Source: Chiloscyllium plagiosum
Lineage: Eukaryota
Direction of reading: 5' to 3'
DNA: 64,000 nucleotides
NCBI RefSeq assembly: GCF_004010195.1
Contig: NC_057752.1
Location: 7,631,651 to 7,695,650, forward strand
The position numbers and the translations under genes were made by a program. The notes under the pieces were generated by a model. That model searched no databases, was not told the DNA's origin, and saw only the letters and a program-made list of their open reading frames with translations. Below, one piece after another: positions 25,698 to 39,124 of the stretch (within the stretch, counting starts at the first letter, position 1; every line of letters begins with the position of its first letter).

Positions 25698-27200
25698 GTA
25701 TGACAAGAGTGGGATGTGACTTTGGCTAAAGCAGAGTGTAAATACATCCAGATAGAGAAGGAAGGTTTGACGGTCATATTTGGTGTGACAAAGTTCCACC
25801 AATACCTTTACGGATGTGAATTTGTAATAATAATGGACCACAAACCCCTGCTAGGTCTAATTAAAGAGGACAAGATAGTGCTGCCCATAGCTTCAGGCCA
25901 AGTTCAGCAGTGGGCTGTAATATTAAGTGCATATAAATACAACTTGGAACACTGTCCAGGAGGCCAAGTAGTGCATGTGGATGCATTGAGCCGCCTCCCA
26001 TTGGCCCATACACCACTGGTGGTACTGTCACTTGAACAGTCCGTAACTTTTAAAATTTTCTAGGCACCCTTCCAGTCACAGCTGACACTATCAGACTTTG
26101 GATGCAGAAAGATCCAGTCCTGACAAAACTGAAACCGCTGGTGGGGATGGAGGAAACCAACAGGTTGTCATAACCAGAATCAAAACAAGATCACCGTAGA
26201 GGATGTCATTAGTATGGGGAGCAAGGGTGATTGTCCCAAGCAAAGGTCACCACCAGATATTGGCTGAACTCCACCAGGGTCATCTGGGATGTCCAAAGTG
26301 AAGGTGTTGTGAGAAGTTATGTCGGGTGGCCAGGATCGCTGCGTTGGTGGGGCAGTGTCCAGGTGCTAACAAGGGCAAAAATTACTGCCAGCAGCTTCCC
26401 CATTTATGGGAATGGCTGGGTAAACCTGGATTTGTTTACATGTTGACTATGCAGGTCCTTTCATGGGCTTAATGTTCTTCGTCATTGTGGATGCCCACTC
26501 TAAGTGGTTGGATGTGCGTAGAGTTTACTTGTCAAACATAGGGATGATGATAGAAAACCTGCAAGCATCTTCTGCAGTACACAGACTCCTAAAAGTGTTG
26601 GTCACAGGTAACAGGCCACTGTTTACCAGCAAGGAATTTGTGTCTTTCCTAAAGTTGAATAGTATTCAACGTGGTAAGGACAGCTCTAAGCCATCCATCA
26701 TCCAATAGTCTGGCAGAAACAGCTACCCAAACTTTGAAGGCAGGCTTAAATAAACAGCCTACAGTTTCACTAGATACCGAAGTGTCCCGGTTCCAATTTG
26801 ATTATAAGACCACCCCTCATGCAGCTACATGGGTTGGCTCCAGCATAGTTGCTAATGGGGAGAAGGCTCTGCACCAGGTTAGGTCTGATCTTCCAGGGCC
26901 TGGCAGGCAGGGGTGAAATGGCATCAGGAGCTTCAATGCCAGAAACTAGACTCCGCTAAACGAGAGAGATAGTTTACTTCAGGGGGCGAAGTTTGGTGTA
27001 GGAATCTCAGGAATGGCCCTCCATGGGTAAGAGGCATGGCCGATGCGAGGCAGGGCCAGTGACATATAAAATTTGATATATAAAGATGCGATGGTCCTGA
27101 ACAAGCACATGGCTCATATGAAAGCTCCAAGCTCACAGACAGTGCAGGAGCAAAAATGTGCCCTGTTCCTTAACAGCATTCCAACTATTCCAGAACCCGT
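25698..27200 (+). mobile_element. Gypsy A internal remnant (RNase H + integrase); gag/PR/RT deleted
   Basis: YIQIEKEGLTVIFGVTKFHQYLYG...DHKPL...DALSRLPL; DYAGPFMG.MFFVIVDAHSKW; HPSSNSLAE. Confidence 0.9.
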
Positions 27201-28689
27201 GGAATAATTTGGCATTTTGACTTCAAATCTCGTGTTTGAATACTTTCCTCTTGCTTTCTCCTTAAAATGCTTTTTTTTAACTGCAGTGTCAATTTTAACC
27301 ACTTTGGAGGGAACAAAACAGGAGACATCTGAAGTTAATTGAAGACTTACCATTTCCTTTCTCCCCCACAAAGCAGATTACATAACTGGAACTCGGTCTG
27401 CCATTTTAAATTGGAATCTGAGTCGGGGAAGGAGGTGGTTTCCTCAGTAGGCCGAAACTCTCAAGAATAGAAGCCAAGGCCAGAAGAAGTCCAGAAGGAT
27501 ATGTTTGAAACACTTCAAAAAATACTTATGTATTCCTCCAAGACCCAAAACAAAATCTTAGGCCTCCTATGTCTTCCGCCAGCTACACATCCCACTTCTC
27601 CTTCACCACCAACTGGGATTTCGCTCAGGGAGCAATTACTTGGTGGCACGGATAGTTGTCATTTGGCAGCTCTTGCTGCCCAATTTTAACATCTGCTTCT
27701 TTCCGACCTCACAGCTGTTTTGGTAGCTAGTCCACAAGAAGCTTATTAATGAAGGCTAGCTAGGAAAACTGGCTAAGCAGTCGCACTACTGTTGTAAGAT
27801 GAATTCTCACCACTGCTTATCATGTTGTATGAGCTCTCTGGTAGATTTGCTGCCACTATTCTCTTTCCTTGTTGGGTCAACAGGATCTGTTTGGTCTAGC
27901 GTGACAGAGGAAAATCCGTTGATCTTCTGACAAGGAGAGGCTCTTGTCTTTGACATGATGTAGTTTATTGCATAATAGCAACTAAATACAAGTTACACTG
28001 ATGCGATAGATATTGGACTGATTTCTAATTATGTTTTCTTGGCTGAGTGTGAGTAGCTTCAGGTGTTTGGGGATTTGTTTCCACAAGGCCGAGCAAGCTC
28101 TCTTGCTGTATCTTAACCAAACTGTTGTATTGACTACCTATCTGGCACCTATGGCGTCAAACTCCATACCATTCCCAGTACGACTTGCCACTCAGCAGAT
28201 CTCTGCTGAAAGACTGGCATCCCTTGCACCCCTGCCGTCTTTGTGTGACCACTGTGCACCTGGACACATGTTCCTCACCAGCAACATAATGACACAACAG
28301 CCACAAAGGCATACTGTTCACAGCATACAGCTGGCATTGGTGACACTCCCCCCACATATCGATCCATTCTCCTCCTCAATACTGTTTAACCACCAGGCCA
28401 CACGGTTTACCTGTCCTTAGCTACATTCTGTCTAAACTCCCCTTCTAAGTCACTGCGATTCTATCCCCAGAGCCCACAGGAAACCTTTAACTTGTCATTG
28501 TCGAGTAGGGGGACATCACACACAGGCCAGCCATTGGACAATTCCAAACATGAGCTTTTATTTACAGCCAGCAGAAGTGAACAATGCAAACCAGATGTTG
28601 GCATCATAACCAACAATCCACAATGATCTGCTGCACCCAGCTCTTATCTATTGGAGGTGGGTGTCAATGAGGTTCTGTCTGGATTGGAG

Positions 28690-29960
28690 CACTTAATGTA
28701 GCTGAATTCTATCATGGACAATGACAGCTTCTTCCTCCTCAATGTTCTTATCCCTCTCCTCAGATGACTGCTCCTGTTCCCTCAGTCCCTCAACATTTGT
28801 TACATCACCTCATTGCTCGCTCCAATTATGCAAAGCACAGCACGTCAGAATGATGTTACAAGTTCCCCTCCAAACTATTCATCATCCTGACTTGGAAATA
28901 TGTTGCTGTTCCTTCAGTGTCACTGGATCACAATCCTTGAATTCCTTCCCGAACAAAGTTGTGAGTCTACCTACAGCATGTGGACTGTAGTGGTTCAAGA
29001 AGACAGCTTACCACACCTTCTCATGGGGCAACTCAGGATGGCCAATAAATGATGGCCCAGCCTGTGATGCTCACATTCCATGAATGAATTTTTAAAAAGT
29101 CTGTCTGGACGATATTGGAGCTCCCCCTAACCCAGACCAGTCCAAGCAGCAGAACTGCATCTTCAACAGCCCTATAGTGTGCTCTACTATGGCCTTGGTT
29201 GAGACATGGGCGGTACTAAACCTGTGCTCTGCATGAATCAGTGGTTTGCACAATGGTGTCATGAGCCATGGTTGCAGTGGGTAGCCCTTGTACAATGTTC
29301 TGTCTGCTCTGAGGCTCTGTGCATGCTGATTGGCCTGCCAGCATATTGACTTCTGGGTTTGAAAGCCACTGACACACACACAGACCTTGGAAGTGTGCAC
29401 AGTGAATAAACAATGAAAGGGAGTGCTGCCTTTGCAACTCAGTAACCAGCCTTGCAATGCTCCTGGACCGTCAAGCACATCAGATATCTGGGAGCGCTCA
29501 GGATGTAGGAGTTGGGGCAGCTGCCAGGGTAGTGGGCAGACACTTCCAGGAAGTGGGAATGGTGATCACAGATCACCTGAACATGAAAGGAGTGGAATGG
29601 AATCCCTTCCTGTTGATGAACTCCACAGCATAGTGCCACGTGCGTGCAGCCGATGGCACCCTGCAGATGGAGGAAGGCAACTATGTTCCCAAATCTTACC
29701 CTGACTAACAACCACCTCATCATGGAGAAATAAAATGAACCGGTGTGATCTTGCAGAGATGGTATTAGTATTCACAACCACTAGAAAAGGATAGCCTGCA
29801 GGCCAGAAAGAAATTCCTGTAGGTTTCAGGTCCCATTCCAGAATCCAGCAAAATGCAGTCCCAGTGTCCTGGGACTTACAGAGCCTGCTCATCCTCAGGA
29901 AATGGAGTTGGGGTGGGAAAACGCTGGCCCTCCTGCGCACCTCACACATCCTGAGGGACC
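28690..29960 (-). mobile_element. PIF/Harbinger transposase remnant, with a LINE tail inserted at ~28860-29095
   Basis: QGAIGCTHVAL, FHSFHVQVICDH, YPGSCPNSYIL, GYPLQPWLMTP, AHVSTKAIVEHTIGLLKMQFCCLD and IILTCCALHN are HARBI1-like DDE motifs. Confidence 0.82.
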
Positions 29961-32900
29961 CTGCATCTCCCTGATCTCTCCCTGAGCTGGGTGCTCCTTA
30001 TCCTCCATGGTAGGCCACAGCTGCTTCTATGCTTTTTTCCAAAGGTAGCCCCAGCAACCAAGGTCCCATCAGTAACTAAACGTCAGACTCTTGGTGGAAA
30101 TGACCTAAAATAGCAATAGAAGGAGCAGAAGAGGTTCTTCAGTTTCAGAACAATCATCGGTGACATAAGTTGCCAGTCAAGGTTGAGCACACTTCCCTGC
30201 CAATTTTCACCTACAGGCGTCATTCTTCAACCTTCCTGAAAGATGAACAGGCAGAATCCCAAAACTGTATTCACCCCAGAACTGTGACCAACTTCGATGA
30301 GCAGCCCCTGGATAACCAGATCCTGACTGCTGTGTTTGCAGCTCACTTGACTCACGATGAACAATTCCCCTGAGTGCTGGTCCTGGCCTTATAGGGCTGG
30401 GACAGATCCCCTAACTGTGCCAAGCAGGCAACTGACCGTGGTGAAGGCTTTGGACTGTGTGCGGACTGTTCCCCTGACTAGATCCTGGATTCCCTGACCT
30501 ACTGGACTGAGGACTGGCTGCCGCCAGTTTCCAACACAGCCATTTGGTTGATTAAACATGCTGTATTTGCTGCACAGGCATCTTGCATATGCTTTAGGTG
30601 TTAGATTGACATCTTGGTGCTGTAAATCAAGATGGCCTCCACCCTGCTCACCTTGGACAGATCCCAACTGACAAACAGCCCACCTGTGTGTCTGTGCAAA
30701 AGAGCACATCAATATGGCAGTACTGATAGCCTCTGGTTCCAGCTGCATTGCCAATGTGCTAACAGACGGGGCACCCAGGGCAAGGGAAAGCAATGCAGAG
30801 AAGCTGTGAGCATGTAGGTAGGCGCTAAGTAAGTGAGCACTAATTCAACGAACGAGCAGCCTTGTGATGCAACCTGGTCCAGAGAGTGAGCTGTGTGCCT
30901 GTCCCTAAGTGCAAGGTGTCCCTGCTGCAGCCTTTCAAAACTAGTTACAATGTGCTCTGCAGTGCAAGTCTGTACTTCCTAAGCAGTCTGCCAGTATATC
31001 GGAGAGGTGCTATGAAGATCTTAATGGGTTGGCAGATGCCAGGTGTCAATGTCTTTTTGCGAGGGGTGCGTGAGGCTGGTGCCCATGGATTGTGCCCTGA
31101 GCTGCTGTTATATCCAAATGCACTTGGAGATCATTCAAAGTAATTGATGAGCTGAATGTGTCGGTTCCCGCTCTGCTTTCCATGTGGAGTTTTCTTGACA
31201 TCTAACTTGCTTGGTGAGTTTGGTAAGATAGAAAGGTGAATATTAATGAGGCGAGTTGGGCCATCAACAAGGTGAATAATCCTGCTTCATGAATAACTCC
31301 CCATTGCCGAGCGAGAATCTTGGCACACCACTTGTCAAATGCATAAAAGATGGAGTGAGATCAAAACATATCAGCCTTGGTGGACTTCTTGTCTGGTTCT
31401 GCTACAAATGTTGGCTGAGCCCACATTACTCAGACCTCTATAAGATTCCACCCATTGTTTCAGAGATTATGAGTAAGACTCAGTTAGTAGCTCTTCCCCC
31501 TAAGCTGTTCTTTCACCAAGCCCACATGATATCATCATATTGGGCAGTGCTTAAGGTACTCCTCAGCATTAACCCTTTCAAACCCTTGAACCGTACTACC
31601 GCACCTGGATGGGCTGGGGCCACTTGCTTAACCAAGTTTGCCACATTGGAGTTAAAATCCAGTCCTATATTTTCATCTCCCCATGTTTTTTGTCCCCCTT
31701 GTTTCTCTGTCCATCTTTTTCTTTCTTCTATTCTGCAAGATGCTCAGAGACATTTTTTTCTTCTACAGGAAGACCAAATAGCAGTGGAAGTTATTATTTT
31801 GCCACTTCCCTGTACCTCTTCCCCACCTGTCTTCCCACTGCCTTCAGTTTTTGGAATTTAATACTTGCTTCAGATAATGACTTAACATTAGTTCACATTT
31901 CCTGCTACCCAATCAATTGAATTGTCTGCTGCTTTCCATGTAATCAATTTCCAAGGGCTTTCTAACCTTCTTATTAGGCTCTCCAGTCAACACATCTGAA
32001 CTGAATAAAGACACATGTAAATTTCTTCATCATGAATGAAGATCAGTTAATGGAGCTAGAATTGTGCATCTTATAAAAATAACTTGAATTCATATAAAGC
32101 TATATATCATGTCCTTGTAACCGCTCAAAGATTTTTGCATTAATTTAAATGTTTTGAAATGTTATTCTATGAAGAAACATGCCAGCCAATTTCTGTACAG
32201 CAAGGTCTCTTAAACAGTAAACTTACCAGTGAATCTGTTTCTGATGATATTGATTGAAAGAGCGGGATGGTCACTGGGGACCTTTGCTCTTCGGCAAAGC
32301 CTAGCACAAATTATTTGTAATTGAATATTAGTTTCCTTCAAAAAGAAGCATGATATAATTCTTGTCTGGGATACCCGTCTAGAGGCTGGATGTGATGCTG
32401 CTTAGGTACTTCACTGTATGTGGGGTGAGCTAGTTGAGTTGAGCCTGTGCGTCTTAGGTTTTTATGAGTAAACATTACAGCCCATTAGTCAAATGATCTG
32501 GCACTAACTGTTCCATAAAACATCTGCTTCAATGCTTTTTGATCTTATAAAGTCAGAAGTCACACAACACCAAGTTATAGTCCTACAGATTTATTTGAAA
32601 TCACATGCCCCTTCATCCTATTGGGCTATAACTTGGTGTCGTGTGATTTCTGACTTTGTCCACCCCAGTCCAACACCAGCACCTCCACATCTTGACCTTA
32701 TAAGCATCATCAAAGTTACATAGATTGCTTGTGATGCATTAAAGCAGTGAGTTCAACCCATAAAAACCCCAAACCTCAGTTTCCAGCCTTTAGCTATTCC
32801 ATCCAAACTATCAAAAGTAATGGAGGAGCGTAAAGTAATGTTATTACAATGTCCAAAAAATGATTTGGGGAATGTTGGCTAATCTAATAGTAGCCTGATT

Positions 32901-34351
32901 ATGTTATCAAAAGGAAGAACAGATCCACAGATCATAGCAAACTGTTTGGGAAAGAGGAAGACATTGAACAGAGTAGTGAGCATTACTTTGGAATCTAGTC
33001 CCTATCCTATCACTGGAGATGGTCATACGATACATTGATGACAGTATGATAATGAAGATGAAGAATTGTTTTGTCAGGACATTCTGAGTGAATTCAAACT
33101 ATGCAGCCTAATCTGTGATGCATCCCATTTGAGTGGATAGTGGAGTGCTTTTGGACGGAATCATATTGGAATTCTTTTTCCTGGACACTGCTAATGACTG
33201 TGATTAAATGAACTTTGTTTAGCAAAGAAAAAAAGATTTATTTTCTTCATTCTAGAAGGCAAGAGGGTAATCAACTCCCTTCCAAAACACTCCCCCTCCT
33301 GAAATTCATGTAGATTTTGACTTTTGAGTAGCTGACTAACCAACTGGGAACCCTGAGACAGCCATTGTATTTGGTTGATGCAGGTAGATCCTGTGGGTTG
33401 GTGCAAAATCTGAACTGGCAACACCCTGCAGTATCTTTGTAGTGATCAGAAGTACACCCTGCTCCTTCAGGCTCCCCCAAAATAATTTAAAGCTTACAAG
33501 AACCATTTTAATTCTATCGCCAATGACATTGTGTGATTTCTGCACAAACAAACCTGATTCAAAAGACCTTTCAAAGACTTTGCTCAGCTCTGATAATAAT
33601 CAGTGTTAATGGAACTATAAATTTTGCAATCTAATTTTAAGGCTGTTACCACCCCATGACCAGTTGATTTTGTGAGGTTAGAATCGATCCCTTTGTATTT
33701 CACCTGGTCTGCTACATTCTTGTTTTTGTCTACCCTGAGCTATTCCTAACATAAAAGAGTTAATCTCTACATTGTTCCTCAGATTCTGCCTATGCTGATC
33801 TTTAGCTGCCTGCTGAGTGTTCCCAGGCTGATTTGTGCTCTGACCTTCTGCCCCTTGGTTACCTCAGTTGGCTGGATGGCTGGCTTGTGATGCAGAGTCT
33901 GCATAGCTAAGATCACCATGAAGATCCCATCTTCTCAACCTCTTCCCTTGCCTGAGGCCTGATGACTTATGCTGGGGATTACCTGACTCCCTCCCTATAT
34001 CCCCATAAGGAGGGGAACCAATCCATATTGTATTCCTTATGCCATCATCTAAAACTTGTGTCAGAATACGAAAATGTTCCCATCTGGTTTAATCCACTTG
34101 GATGGAGATATGCAATTATTGGTCCTGTTCAATTGTAAGTTTTTGTCAATCGGGAAGACCACACTGAATACATATTGGATGCAATCTTCCTGTTTTTCTA
34201 TGTATTTTTGGCTGTAAGCAACATTTTCTCTGAAGTAACCCAGCCCACATAATAGACAGGTTTAACGTCCTAATCATTTAAGCCAGGAAATTGCTGTTTG
34301 CATGGCATATTGGCCAGGAGTTTCTCTACCTACCATTATTACACAGATGTC

Positions 34352-35626
34352 TAGTTGTCGGTTTGCTCAGCATATCTGGTTGGTTTGTTCTCAGACGTTT
34401 TGTCACCATGCTAGGTGACATCATCAGTGAGCCTCTAGTGAAGCTTTGGTGTTCTATCATAGAGTCATAGAGATGCACAGCATGGAAACAGACCCCCTTG
34501 CCGACCAGATATCCCAACCCAATCTAGTCCCACCTGCCAGCACCCGGCCCATATCCCTCCAAACCCTTTCTATTCATATACCCATCCAAATGCCTCTTAA
34601 ATGTTGCAATTGTACCAGCCTCCACCACTTCCCGCTTGCTATTTTTGTGTCTTGGCTTGTTCTAGTGGGTGGTATCATTTCCAGTTCTGTTTCTGAGTGG
34701 TTAGTGAATGGGGTCCAAATCTATATATTTCTTAATGGAGTTCTGGTTTGAATGCCAGGCTTCCAGGAATTCCCACATGTCCCTTTGTTGAGCCTGTCCC
34801 AGGGTGGATGCATTGTCCCAGCCAAACTGGTGTCCCTCTTCATCTGTGTGTTTGGATACCAGTGATAGTTGGTCATGTCTTTTGGTGGCTAGTTGGTGCT
34901 CCTGGTGGCTAGTTTCCAGCTCGTTTGTCCAATATAATGTTTGTTGCAGTCCCTGCAGGGTATTTTGTATTTAACGTTCGTTCTGCTAGCTGTGGGTACA
35001 GGGTCCTTTAAATTCATCAGTAGCTGTTTCAGTGTGGTGGTAGGTTTGTGAGCTACCATGATGCCAAGGGGCCGGAGCAGTCTGGCTGTCATCTCTGAAA
35101 TGTCTTTGATGTACGGTAAGGTGGCTAGAGTCTTTGAGCATGTTGTCCCTTCCTGTTTTGGTATGTTGTGCAGGAATCGGTGGACTGCGCATATCGGGTA
35201 ACCGTTGTTCCTGAATATGTTGTATAGGTGTTTCTCCTTGGCTTCTCATGGTTCCGGGGTGCTGCAATATGTTGTGGTTGTCCAGATGCAGCTCTGTTTG
35301 TGGGTGTTGGGATGGTTGCTCCTGTAGTTGAGTATCTGGTCCGTGTATGTAGCTTTCCTGTAAACGCTGGTCTGCAGTTCTCTATTGGCTTTGCATTCTA
35401 CCATGACGTCCAAGAAGGGGAGTCGGTCATTGTTCTCTTCCTCTTTGGTGAACTTTATACCAGTCAGGATGTTGTTTGTGTTTTGGGTTTCTCCTAGTTT
35501 GTCGCATTTCATGGTGACAAAGGTGTCATCCACATAGCGCACCCAAAGCTTTGGTTGGATTGCGGGAAGGGCTGTTTGTTCTAATCTCCACATAACTGCT
35601 TCTGCTGTAAGTCCTGACATTGGTGA
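34352..35626 (-). mobile_element. Penelope-like element, inverted 3' half (RT core to GIY-YIG and pLTR)
   Basis: SPMSGLTAEAVM...WVRYVDDTF...LPFLDV...SVYRKATYTDQILNY.SNHP; YKIPCRDCNKHYIGQT; a CR1 tail is inserted at ~34455-34632. Confidence 0.92.
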
Positions 35627-37603
35627 TTGGCTGCAGAATGCTATGAGAAATGAGAAATGATGCCCACAACTGACTCCACAAATACAAACGAGAAATTTCA
35701 CACCAAAAAACTCTACACTAACGTGATCAACCACGAATGGACAAGTATGCTGGAACAAGCCATCAGCATTAAACAACAGCAGACCAGGACAAAGAAAGGA
35801 CTGGCCCTACAAGAGAAACTAACCAAGCTCACACACAGCAACAATACAGATAAATCAGAGACCTGGGATAAAGAACTTATCTGACCGACCACTTACAGAA
35901 ACTGAAAAGCTGTTCTAGTACGAAAGCTGAACTACAACTGCAGGGATGTGGACAAAAAGGACTTCCTAGCAGCACTGGAATCCACACTAAAAGACAACGG
36001 ACTTACAGAAGATACTCTGTAGGACATCAGACAGATGGTAGCATCCACACTAAGCAGAAAGAAAGAAGGGAACACCCTCAACACACTGGAAAGGAAAGCT
36101 CTGGAAAGACTCAGAAAAGACAGAAATATTGTAATTCTACCTGCGAACAAAGGGCACATGACCGTCATCCTGAACAGAACACAGTATGATGAAAAAGTGA
36201 ACACACTACTAACCGATCCTGACACCTACCAACAGGTGGTGATGGACCGGACTCCACAGCTAGAAAACCACATCCCTAAGGAAACTACACAAGACAGGTG
36301 AAATTAACAAGACAGATCCCCAAAGGATGAAACCAGAAGGACCCAACACACCCTGCTTCTACGGATTACCAAAGGTACATATCCAAGGGGTCCCCCTCAG
36401 ACCCATAGTCTCAGTTCCCAGCATACCGACATACAGGCTAGCAAAGGAACTGCAGCGAAAACTGAAACACCTGGTAGAAGACTCAATCCACTTCATCCGC
36501 TCCACCCAGGAATTCCTTCACATCATCAAAGACACCAAGGTAGAGGACGACAAGATCATAGTCTCCTTCGATGTGACGGCCCTATTTACATCAATAAGTG
36601 TCACCCAAGCTAAATAAGCACTGGCCTCACTGCTGGACAAACCAGGGATACAAACACCTGACAGTGCCAACTCCAACAGCAAGGACAGTATCCTCAAACT
36701 ACTGGACCTGTCCCTCACAACTCACTTCACATTCAACGACAAGATATATAAACAGATCACCAATGACCACCCCAATGCCCACAAACAGAGATGCATCAGG
36801 ACATTATTTAAATGAGCCACAACACACTACAGCACCCAGGAACTACGAGAAGCCAAGGAGAAACACCTATACAATATATTCAGGAACAACAGTTACCCGA
36901 TAAGCATAGTCCACCGATTCCCACACAACGGACCTAACCATGAAGACACAACATACCCAGAGACTCTAGCCACCTTACCGTACATCAAAGACATTTCAGA
37001 GATGACAACCAGACTACCGCCGGCCCCTAGGCATCATGGTAGCCCACAAACCTACCACCACACTGAAACAAATGCTGATGAATTTAAAGGACCCTGTACC
37101 CACAGCCGGCAGAACTAATGTTAAATACAAAATACCCTGCAGGCACTGCAACAAACATTATATTGGACAAACGGGCAGGAAACTAGCCACCAGGAGCACC
37201 AACTAGCCACCAAAAGACGTGACCAACTATCATCAGTATCCATACACAGACGAAGAGGGACACCAGTTCACCTGGGGCAATGCATTTACCCAGGGCCAGG
37301 CTAAACAAAGACACGTGCAGGAATTTCTGGACGCCTGACATTCAATCTGCAACTCCATTAACAAACATATAGATCTGGATCCCATTTACCAACCTTCAGA
37401 AACAGAACTGGAAATGATACCACCCGCTAGAACAAGCCAAGACACACACATAGCAGGCGGGACAGAACACAACGCTTCACCGGAGGCTCACTGATGATGT
37501 CACCTAGCATGGTTACGAAATGTCTGAGAACAAACCCACCAGCTCAGCAAGCAAACCGACAACCTGATCCACAACTTCAGCTACAAATCTTTTCCAAGAT
37601 CTC
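35627..37603 (+). mobile_element. Penelope-like element (RT + GIY-YIG), degenerate, RT core deleted
   Basis: NIVILPANKG, FYGLPKVH...PLRPIVS, VSFDVTALFTSI, YKIPCRHCNKHYIGQTGR; hammerhead core at 37487-37528. Confidence 0.92.
37487..37528 (+). ncRNA. Minimal type I hammerhead ribozyme motif (Penelope pLTR)
   Basis: CTCA-CTGATGA-TGTCACC-TAGCAT-GGTTAC-GAAA-TGTC-TGAG: stem I CTCA/TGAG, conserved CUGAUGA and GAAA boxes, GUC cleavage triplet; mirror copy at 34390-34431 (-). Confidence 0.75.
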
Positions 37604-38477
37604 ATGTACATATCCATTTTAGATGCATAAGCTCCCACACTAAACGAGTAGAGATGTAATATCATTCAGAACCTATGTTGAGCTATCATCCATTAATACT
37701 GCCTGCAGTAAATTTGAGGCTTGAATGTTTTCTGAAAAAGGGGCTATTGCAAAGGTGTGATCCTCATTAGCTGTGAACAAGGACAAGAAAAGGGTGCTTC
37801 TCTCTCTTTAACTGTGACCTTGGGGTCATAGGGAGACCACCTTTTCTTCTTATTCCTTTCTCTCCTAAATCTCTCATCCATCCATCATCCCTGCACCCAA
37901 GAGACTCGAACAGACATAACACATGCACACATGAATCTGAATGGAGCAAGCAGGCCCCAGCTGAAGATAAATTGTGAACAAGCTGTGAATAAAATTTATA
38001 TTTACGAGGTGAATATCGCCTCCCCTGGCACTACCCATTACTCAGTGTCAGCTCTAGAATTCAGATTGAGATAATTGTCCAAACAACTTTCTGTTCCTGT
38101 ACTTGCTGAAACTGGAAGATGTAGATTCAGAGCTAAGTGAGAAAAGTGCCAAAAGATACTAAGTACAAAGGGAATAAAGAAGATTCTAAGGTAAATTGTA
38201 CAAGTACATGAGAGGGAAAGAAATTAACAGTCACAGCAATTTGCGATGCCACAAAAAGCCTATTATAATCTCTGGTGTTTCTGTCTTGCAGGCATATTTA
38301 CATGCTACATTTATGGATTTGTTCCAACTAATGCACATGGGAAAATAATAGCAATAATCTGAGAATGAGAAAACTCAAAATCTGATAAACTGGTAGACGA
38401 AAATTACAGCTCACGAGATGGACAATGGGGATTGCAGGCAGACCTGTTGGTTGATTCATGTGAAAAATAAAAAACCT

Positions 38478-38695
38478 GAGAGATAGACAGATAGCTAAAT
38501 TAAATAGCTAGCTGGATAGATAGCTAAATCTCAATGGAAAGACCTAAAACAGCTTTGTACATAGTTAAAGAGAGAAATAGTTTGATAAATAGTAAACGAG
38601 GCAGACAGATAAATAGTAAAACATTTTGCAACAGATGAATGGATAGATAGATAGCAAAATAGATAGAAAAAAAGATGGATGACAGATTAATAGCT
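38478..38695 (+). repeat. Degenerate (GATA)n-type simple repeat
   Basis: Recurrent GATAGATAGA/TAGCTA units. Confidence 0.55.
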
Positions 38696-39034
38696 GGTTG
38701 AATGTAGCTATTTGTATGCCACTGGGAGTCTGCGTTGAAAGCTGCACAACTGAAAAACAAAAGGCATACAATTAGATGAAACCTTGCAGACTCTTGCACG
38801 ATAAATCCCAAGTACAGGAGATTCAGTTTTCTTGTCTTCAGACAGCACTTTTTTAATGGAAGCATTTCTCATTTGACAAATTGGCTTTTCTTTCAGAATA
38901 AAAGCACACAATCCAAACGCTTGCTCTATGCAATTGTATTCGATGCTGTTGAGAAAAAGATACACCTGAAGTTAATACGATCCTGCATACTGTACACTAA
39001 TGAGACATCACTATCAAATCAAATGTTTTTTTAA

Positions 39035-39124
39035 CCTTTTCGAGGACTGTAGTAATACTGTCATCCCTATAGATTTTTTATATATATATAGGGATGACAG
39101 TATTACTACAGCCCTCAAAAAGGT
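39035..39124. mobile_element. Palindromic mini-MITE, piggyBac-like
   Basis: ~37-bp inverted arms CCTTTTCGAGGACTGTAGTAATACTGTCATCCCTATA / TATAGGGATGACAGTATTACTACAGCCCTCAAAAAGG, with TTAA on both sides (39031-39034 and 39125-39128). Confidence 0.65.

Noticed and set aside
32150..33975. Possible old SINE fragments at ~32150-32460 and ~33835-33975
   Set aside because: Too decayed to assign family or boundaries by eye.
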